Part shown: positions 56,191 to 64,000 of the stretch, piece by piece
Layout of the letters: each line of letters starts with the position of its first letter
How positions within the stretch are numbered: the stretch's first letter is position 1
NCBI RefSeq assembly: GCF_009914755.1
Contig: NC_060927.1
Reading direction: 5' to 3' (one strand)
From: the human T2T-CHM13v2.0 reference genome, Homo sapiens
Length of the DNA stretch: 64,000 nucleotides
Notes under the pieces: model-generated
Databases searched by the model: none
Told to the model about the DNA's origin: nothing
The model's input: the letters and a program-made list of their open reading frames with translations, nothing else
Made by a program: the position numbers and the translations under genes

Positions 56191-58418
56191 AGTTTTTATG
56201 CACATTTTCTTTATTTTTAATATTCGTCTTAATGTTTATCTCGTAAGACAATGCTGTTTCTGAATATTTGGCAAACACATTTTAGAGAAGCCAAATTATC
56301 CATATCTTCAGGCAATTAATATGTTTAAAATTATACTGAGAACTGATCTAAATTTCTGTGTGATTTAATTATGAAACCCAGTTTTGTGTCTAGTTTACTG
56401 GTTTTGAAAAAGTGTTTCAACAAAATAACAACTAAAATTTATTGGTTGCTCATTGTGTGATACGAACTGTTCTAAGAGGTTTGTATGTATTATTTGATAC
56501 TAAACTCAGTGTATTACAAGGAAATGTGTCTTATTACTAATCTACAATTACAGCTTCAATTATTAAATAACTTTCCCCAGTTTCCACAATTATTGAGTGA
56601 TGGATCAGGGAATTTAGTCCAGTTTTATTCAAGTGAGGCCGTGATGATAGTTATAAAACTGGTATTTTATGTTCAATAATTGTATTAAATCTAAGGCTAA
56701 AACAATGTATTCAGTAAAACTTAGAACACAGATCTTCTGAAAGTTTTGGTTCTGAAGTGTTCATTTCAATTTCTTATATAATTATAGTTGCATGATCAAA
56801 TGAAATCATCCCCAAATAACTCAATGTTCAAATGCTAGACTACCCATATAACATAGGATCATCTGAGAATTTCAACTGTCAAAAAGGAAATATGTCTAGA
56901 TTTGGACTTAGGAAGTTGCAGATAGGTGAGTCATATTCTCTCCAAAAAACCATCTTTTTGGTTTGTTGAAAAACTTAGGGAGATTTTTCAAGAATCCATA
57001 ACTAAAGGTGATAGAGGGTAGGTAAGTGTTATTTTTTCCTTTTGTTGATAGAATAAGAACAGAATTTTATGCCCAATTAAAAGATTTCATGATATGAGTT
57101 GTTAGAATATACAAGTGTTTCCTATTTTCACTGCATTAATTTTACTAGGATACAATTGCATAACAAAATTCACAAGCAGCTGAGAAATGTTATACTAATA
57201 TCAGGCAGGCATAGCAGCCTGGGAGCATTTTGCACGTGTGATACTTTAGTCATCAAATTTGTACTCTGAATTAAGTGTACTTATAACTGGTACTTGGACA
57301 AGACACTGGTCATTTGTACAAGTTTCCAAACATAGTGACACTGATTAGAAATGCCCTTGTTCCAGAGACAGCCAATAGAAAGATGTGTAAGATTTTGTTT
57401 TAATGCAAATAGTAATAATGCATTTGATAGGCATTGTACATAGAAAATGAATTAGGGATTATTTTGCCATCATTTCATTTCTTATAAGAATGGTGACCCC
57501 TTGGCTAAATTTCATGTTAACAATGTTTCTCATTTACTTTGGTCTTATAATTTCAGCTGCTCTAAAATAAATCTTAGATAAATTCATTGCCTACTTTGAC
57601 ATACATATTTTAAGGCTTCAAATTCTGGAAAGATCTAAATGCCTTTAAATATCTTGTTTTTAGCTACGCTATGATCACACTATTTTATCATTTTAAAAGG
57701 ATCAGTGTTATCTAACTGAGGTCACCGGCAGAATGAAAAGTCAAGGTATTAGCATTTATATTTTCAACTGAATTGACAGAGATCTCAACAATGAGTCATT
57801 GAGGGGTTATTAAGTTCAGGAGCTAATAATATTTCTCTAATATGATTGCTAAAAAGTCAATGGGATTTGTAATTTATAACACAATCTTGATAAAATACAA
57901 AATAGAATAGCTGTTCCCTTAAGACATCAACAGTTAGTGTATGAAGCATGTCACTTTTGTGTTCCAAATTTTCACTCATATTAATTTGCTCTTATTGAAA
58001 TTTTGAAACTGACTTAGCTTCAGTTTGGTTTCACAGATATATGTATTAGGCACTTTATCCTTTAGGGGGACTCAAGCCTCTGAAGATGATGATGCCATTG
58101 CAGCCAAATTTTACATTCAAATTCTAGCCCAAGACTACTGAACTTATAAAGTTGAGGACACTATTATAAAATATTAATGATTCAATTCTACTTCAAAATT
58201 TCATCTTAAGTAAAACAAATAAAAAATAAAAATTATATATAGCTATCTTAAAACAAGCATAATTCGATATCCCATGGATATCTAATCAATGAAATACCAT
58301 GTGACCATGAAGAGTTTTCTATTAATCACATGGAAAGTGTTCATAATGTATTTTACTTGGAAACAGAGTTTATCACACCTTTAGATCTCAAATTCAAAAA
58401 GAAATGTTTGGATATATA

Positions 58419-58560
58419 AATAGTCATAAAGGCAGACAAGTAAATACATGGAGCAGAGGGGGAAAAGAGATGAGAAATTTTTCAACAGAACAATTTTATG
58501 GGAATAGTCATAAAGGCAGACAAGTAAATAGCTGGAGCAGAGGGGAAAAGAGATGAGAAA
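58419..58560. repeat. Direct duplication of ~59 bp with 25-bp spacer
   Basis: AATAGTCATAAAGGCAGACAAGTAAATA..TGGAGCAGAGGGG(G)AAAAGAGATGAGAAA at 58419-58477 and 58503-58560. Confidence 0.95.
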
Positions 58561-58731
58561 CACAAAGGATAACAATGTTATTATCCTCAATTTATTTATT
58601 TATGCTTTTTACAGTTTTTCAAACAGTTAACATAAATTGTATTGATATATATATAAAGAGCAAAACGATGCTATAATTATTAAAACAATTAGGAATTTTA
58701 AGTCATCTTATGTTTGTTCCTTTTATTTTTA

Positions 58732-58883
58732 TTTATTTATTTATTATTATTATTATTATACTTTACGTTTTAGGGTACATGTGCACAACGTGCAGGTTTG
58801 TTACATATGTATACATGTGCCATGTTGGTGTGCTGCACCCATTAACTCGTCATTTAGCATTAGGTATATCTCCTAATGCTATC
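58732..58883 (-). mobile_element. Young, extremely 5'-truncated L1PA (about PA3/4) with TSD
   Basis: TTTAGGGTACATGTGCACAACGTGCAGGTTTGTTACATATG...TCTCCTAATGCTATCCCT near consensus; TSD CCTTTTATTTTTA at 58719-58731 and 58884-58896. Confidence 0.96.
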
Positions 58884-59569
58884 CCTTTTATTTTTAAAGA
58901 ACCTGAAATCCAAAGGGCAATGACTTACCACAAGGAGTAAAGTGTCAGTGTGGGTGCAGAAACCAAAAGCCAGGGCTTCATCTCATGGTCTAGTGTTGAC
59001 TTCACTCGACCTCAATGCCTTCCTCCTTCCTTCCCCTGCCAGTTTGGTTCCTTATTAGTAGTTCTTTTCTAGGTATCTTAAGCTTGGAACCTTCGTAAGA
59101 AAAGGGACTTGAAATGATCTTACACAGAAGGTAAGAAGAACTTTACAAATTCTCTGAGAGTTTGAGGAGAAAGAAAAAATGTTAAGGGGCTGGCCTTATT
59201 AAAGGTGGGTTAACTTTGAGCTGTATATTTGCACAGTAATATATACTGTGAATCTTAGAATTAGGAGTTGTAAGAATGGAAACTTAACTAAAGGTTTATT
59301 TTGTGTGACACTCTAAGATTGTAGTGTCACGTTTAATTCCATTTTGTTCCTAAGTTAAAGTGAAAGGGCATTTTTAAGAGCTTTGCTGATTTATGAATAG
59401 TCAAGCACATCACATATTAATAGAATGTGTTATATGGAAGTTGCTATTCACTGTTAAATATGGTGGAGAAATTAGTGAAGGAATGGGTAGAAATTTTGAT
59501 AAATAATCCATTCCCCCCCCCCACTTGCTGGCTTTCTTGAATTGATAGCCAGGAAAGGTAGAAAAAAAA

Positions 59570-59690
59570 GAGGTATGTAAAGTCAGACTGAACTGGTTGC
59601 AAACTGGACTTCATGACTTGCTACATGTGATCTTGATCAGATTACCTAAATTCTCTGAGTTTAACATAAGTTTGCATTTAAGGGGATGAG
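59570..59690 (+). mobile_element. MIR fragment
   Basis: AGTCAGACTGAACTGGTTGCAAAC...TGTGATCTTGATCAGATTACCTAAATTCTCTGAG. Confidence 0.65.
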
Positions 59691-59693
59691 GGC

Positions 59694-59695
<2 letters not shown>

Positions 59696-59730
<35 letters not shown>
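59696..59730. repeat. (GA)n microsatellite
   Basis: Perfect GA run. Confidence 0.95.
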
Positions 59731-59731
<1 letters not shown>

Positions 59732-59737
59732 AATATA

Positions 59738-61780
59738 CCACTAGTCTTTTGTCTGTGGTAAGTGTTGCAAATATTTTCTCCCAGTTCATTGGCTGTCTTT
59801 TGATTTTTTGTATAGTGGGTTTTTTTCCTGCAAAATTTTAAAAAATGATATAGTCAAATTCATTGACATTTTTCTTTTATTGCCTCTGAATTTGAGTCAT
59901 AGTTAGAAGACCTTTTCTTACACCAAGGTTAAAGATGAATTTTTCAAGTACTTGTTTGATTTTATTTTTTACACCAGAATTCCATTCCTTTTGCAGATTA
60001 TTCTTGCATATGATATAAGATATGGATCTAAATTTACCTTTTCCAAATGGCTACTTTGTTGTCCCAGCAGCAGTTATTAAGTCTATTTTTAAGTGGTTTG
60101 AAATGCTGCTGTTGTCATATACTAAATTCTCATATGTATTTAGTTTTAAATTTGGACCTTCTATTCTATTCCACTGCTTTATCTGTCTATTCAATATGAT
60201 GCTAGTATAACATCATTTTAAATATAAAGGCTTTGTAGTATCTTTTAATGTTTAGTAAGGTAGTCTTCCTCTTATTTCTTTTTTTACAAAAGTATTTTCC
60301 TTGCTATTCTTGTATGCATGTGATTCCATGTGAACTTTAGTCAATTTACCTAACTTCATAATTTGTTGGTATTTTTATTAGGTTTGAATGAATTATAAGT
60401 CAACTTATGGAGAATTTATGTCCTTATAGTGTTGAGTCATTTTATCCAAAATACAGGGTATTTTCCTAATTTTTAAAGTCTTCTTTAGAGTCCTTTGTGA
60501 GTGTTAAAATTTTCCTTTCACAAACTTTGTACATTTTTATTAAATTTATTTCTAAGTATTTAGTGTTCTTATTGCTTATTCTTATTATAGTGTTCTTATT
60601 CTTATTCTTATTATACATGGACTTACTCTTAAGTTCTCTAAATGTTCGTTGTTAAAGAGTATATAAAGGCTACTAATTTGTTAATGTTAATTCAGCATTC
60701 AGCTAATTCACTAGAATATTTGATTTCTTGAGATGGTTTTATCATTGACCCTCTGGAATTTTCAAGGTTTATTATCTTAACAACTGCAAATAGAAGTAGT
60801 TTTACTTCTTCTTTACCAATTTTTATGCTTTTCAAGAATTTATCTCATCTAATTGGGTTGGCTCTCATCGAAGAACTGTAGAATAATATGGGATCGTATT
60901 AATCATAACATGTATTCTTGCTTCGTCTCAAATCTTAATGAAAATGCCTCTAGCGTTTCTTCATCAAATAGTATACCGGCTTTAAGTTTAAGGCAAATAT
61001 ATTTCATTATGTTAAGAAAGGATCCCTAAATTCTTTTTCTTTGAGTTTTTTTAAAACAATAAATTAGTGTTTTTTGTTGTTGTTGTCAAAGGCTTTCTTA
61101 GCATCTGTGAAGATAATATAATTATGCCTTTAAATTGTCAACATGGTATATATGAAATGAATTGGGTTTATAATAGTAAACCAATCTTGCATTCCTAAAA
61201 TAAATCCTATTTAGTTATTGTGTGTTATTTTCTTAATACAGTGTTGGATTAAGTTTGCTATTTTTTATTTTAAAATTTTACATTATTTTCTTGAGTGATA
61301 TTGACCTGTAGTATTCTTTCATTATACTGTTTTATCAGATTTAGGTATCAGTGTTATAGTTTCTTCATGAAAGGAATTAAGATGTTTTCCTTCCCTTTCA
61401 ATGTTCTGAATAATCATATAGCATTATGACTATCTGCCATTTAAATCTTTAGAATAATTACCTTGTGAAACTATGTGGGCTTGGTGCTATTTTGTGTAGT
61501 ATTTATCTAATTGTTTCCTATATTTCTTCTATGAAATTGGTTGATTTAATCTTTCTAACACTAATAAGATTAATTTGAGTAAACTTCATTTCTCTAGAAA
61601 ATAATTAATTCATCAAATTAAATCAAATTTGAAATTTGATTTCAAATTTATTTGTGTCAAAGTAAAGGAGGTTTCCTGTCATTTTAAAATTCTCTGTTGT
61701 TTTAATAGTAACTTATTTCTTATTATTTATAACTTTATATATTTGTACTTTTTCCTTTTTTATCAGATGAACTGAGTTTT
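59738..61780 (-). mobile_element. L1ME-like ORF2 remnant
   Basis: GTTGCAAATATTTTCTCCCAGTT...ATAGTCAAAT...TTCCATGTGAACTTTAG...CTGCAAATAGAAGTAGTTTTACTTCTTC...AAACCAATCTTGCATTCCT. Confidence 0.85.
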
Positions 61781-61789
61781 AACATCGCA

Positions 61790-62080
61790 TTTAATTTTAA
61801 TTATCTAATCTAAATCTAAAAGCTGATATTTGATTCAATTGTCAGAAATCTCTTAAGTATATTGGGATCAACTTGGAAAAGTAAATTGACTTTAAACAGT
61901 ACACTTTATGAACTTTAAATTACAGATCAGATATTTTTAGTAAAATTTTATCCAAACTAAGATGCAATATGAGTATAATCACTGATTCAAAAAGCTTCCT
62001 TTAGTGAGCATCAAATATCTCACTATTTTAATTTTAATATTGATTGTGTGTTAAAATAATAATAATTGCATTATATTATT
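61790..62080. mobile_element. Charlie1/MER33-family hAT DNA transposon fragment
   Basis: GGGATCAACTTGG...TTTATGAACTTTAAATTACAGATCAG...TCCAAACTAAGATG...AAATATCTCACTA...ATATTGATTGTGTGTTAAAATAATAATA. Confidence 0.7.
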
Positions 62081-62171
62081 GATAATGTGTATTCTTGTCA
62101 TGTTTCCATTCTTACTGGAAATGCCTCCAGTGTTTCTCCATCAAATAGTATACTGGCTCTAAGACTAATTT

Positions 62172-64000
62172 AAAGGACAAGATGGCCAACTAGACACAGC
62201 CAGGAAGCACTGTTCCTACCCCCAAAAGACCAAAGTTTCAAGTAAACCAACATAACTTGGACAGATCTTCGAAGCGAAAATGCCCAGTGGATGAAGATGT
62301 GATGCAGATGTGGAGGCTGAGGAGGTAGGAAGCTGGGAACCTTGTTCAGGGTAGGCCAATGCTTGAGCCAATCCTGACCTCAAGTGGCTCCTGGGAATGG
62401 GTGAATGAAGAACTGCAGGACTGCCTACCCTAGCCATGGACCGCTGGGATCCTGGCTATGGGGGCCCCACATCTGCCATGGACATTTGAGCTGGCAGAAG
62501 GATCCTTCCAGAGAGTAGACAGAGATGGAGCTCCAGCCAGCATGGAAGCATGGGCCTTTGTGCACAGTGAGGCTGTGTCCAAACATGGACATAGCCACCT
62601 ATTCCCCAGGGCTCCCCACTCACCGTCTGAGAAGCTCTAGCTCCAGTTGACCACCAGGCTAGGAGGAAGCTGGGCTGATTTCTCTGTGGGACTGGTACGT
62701 GTCTGTTCTTTAGGCCCTCTTGCCCACCAGCCCCTCCAAGGGCCACTGTCCAGCTGCTCTCCAAGAGAGTATGCATGGCTCAGCTTCCACTGCCCAGCCT
62801 GGTTGCTTTGCTCCACCTGATTATGTTCCCGGTGGCCTGGGAGCACTTTGGATTCCCATTACACCTGGAACCTGAATCTAGGGGTCCAGAGGATGGAGCT
62901 GCAAGCCAATCCTGGTGCCCCAGAGCTGCAGTGTGCAGCTCAGAAGCGCAGAGCTGAAATTTGTGGCCAGCACTCAAGTGGGAGAAGAGCCCACCCTCTT
63001 AGAGGACTAAGAGGGGTGACTTGTGTCAGTTCATGAGCTGGAATAGAAGCAGAACATGTCTTCTTCCTCAGGGCCAACCAGGAAAGAGTGTTACCTATCT
63101 CCCTGCTACGTTCTTTGCCCAGGGAGCCTCACGTCCCAGAACAGCTAAAGAAAGTAATGCAGGCACAGTGCCAGTGATCAGAAGGGGCTCCACCAAGGCC
63201 CGAGTTCAGACTTGGTGAGGAATTACCTCTCTCCCCACTGCACTGCAGAGTGTGGCTGGAAACATGAGGAAATATAGAGGAGCTGGGTGGCTAAGTAAGA
63301 GACTATTTACTGTCCATTATTCTTAAGCACTATCCACTGGATCACAGCCCAAACAATAACACCAAAAATGTTTTGCTGATATACCCTGCTGTAAAACCAA
63401 GGACAAAAATTCAGCCACAAATAAAGACCTGTACAGAGCCTTGACCATCTGAAAACATTCAGAAACAAAGCCAATTGGCTATACTTAACTTATACTATAG
63501 TTAAAGGAACAGCAACCCTCCCAGATGAGAAAGAATGTGGACAAGAACTCTGGCAATTTAGAAAGGCAGAGTGTCCCCTTACCCCAAAATGAGTCCACTA
63601 GCTCCATAGCAATGGTGCTTAACCAGTGTGAAATGACATAAGTAGAATTCTAAATCTGGATGGCAAGAAAGTTCAAGAATCAGGACAAAGTTGAAACTAA
63701 ATCTAAGGAATCTAGTAAAACAACCCAATAGCTGAAAGATGAAATAACATTTTAAGAAACAACCAAACTGAACTTCTAGAGCTAAAAAGTTCACTACAAG
63801 AATTCCATTATACAATCAGAAGTACTAATAGGAAAACAGACCAAGCTGAGGAAAGAAAATCGGATCTTGAAGACCAGTTATTCAAATCAACTCAGTCAGA
63901 AAAAAATAAAGAAAAAAGAAGTTTTAAATGAACAAATTCTCCAATAATTATGGTATTACATAAAGAGATCAAATCTACAACTCACTGGCATTCCTGAGAG
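62172..64000 (+). mobile_element. L1 (L1PA13-16/L1PREC2-like) 5'UTR and disrupted ORF1; runs off the right edge, possibly full length
   Basis: Starts GGACAAGATGGCCAACTAGACACAGCCAGG; GC-richer ~1.35-kb UTR; ATG at 63525 gives MRKNVDKNSGNLERQSVPLPQNESTSSIAMVLNQ then stops, ORF1p-like. Confidence 0.92.

Noticed and set aside
56581-57027. Two consensus + strand donors (GTGAGT 56926, GTAAGT 57022)
   Set aside because: The nearest plausible acceptor gives an over-long exon; isolated donor hexamers are common by chance
58419-58560. Repeat-spacer-repeat resembling a CRISPR unit
   Set aside because: Only two 59-bp copies in primate DNA, no cas genes; a local duplication
60561-60615. Short tandem duplications (also 21950-21992 and 269-292)
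   Set aside because: Ordinary slippage products within old repeats; no sign of function
62216-63218. Cluster of overlapping GC-rich ORFs resembling a gene start or CpG island
   Set aside because: Lies in the L1 5'UTR; higher GC lowers stop frequency and CpGs are depleted

Overview
Primate genomic DNA, most likely human or great ape (AluJ/S/Y and L1PA elements). It is AT-rich and looks like a gene desert or deep intron. I find no credible protein-coding exon, tRNA, rRNA, snRNA or CRISPR array. The ORF track consists of Alu/L1/LTR read-through frames and chance frames. Roughly half the window is interspersed repeats: 9 dimeric Alus plus one monomer, L1s of many ages (L1ME to L1PA3/4, including a 5'UTR+ORF1 running off the right edge), MaLR/ERVL LTRs (one with adjoining internal sequence), L2, L3/CR1, MIR, hAT-Charlie fragments and microsatellites. 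The best non-repeat signal is a near-consensus CTCF motif at 4599-4612 inside a CpG-retaining, motif-dense unique segment. Other notable items are a twin-priming inverted old L1MA, a 3'-truncated Alu still flanked by a TSD, three local duplications of different ages, template-switch palindromes, a motif cluster bracketed by inverted POU/homeodomain sites, and candidate non-coding exons. I cannot support a previously undescribed biological system from this sequence alone. Subfamily names come from remembered consensus features, and boundaries of old repeats are approximate.
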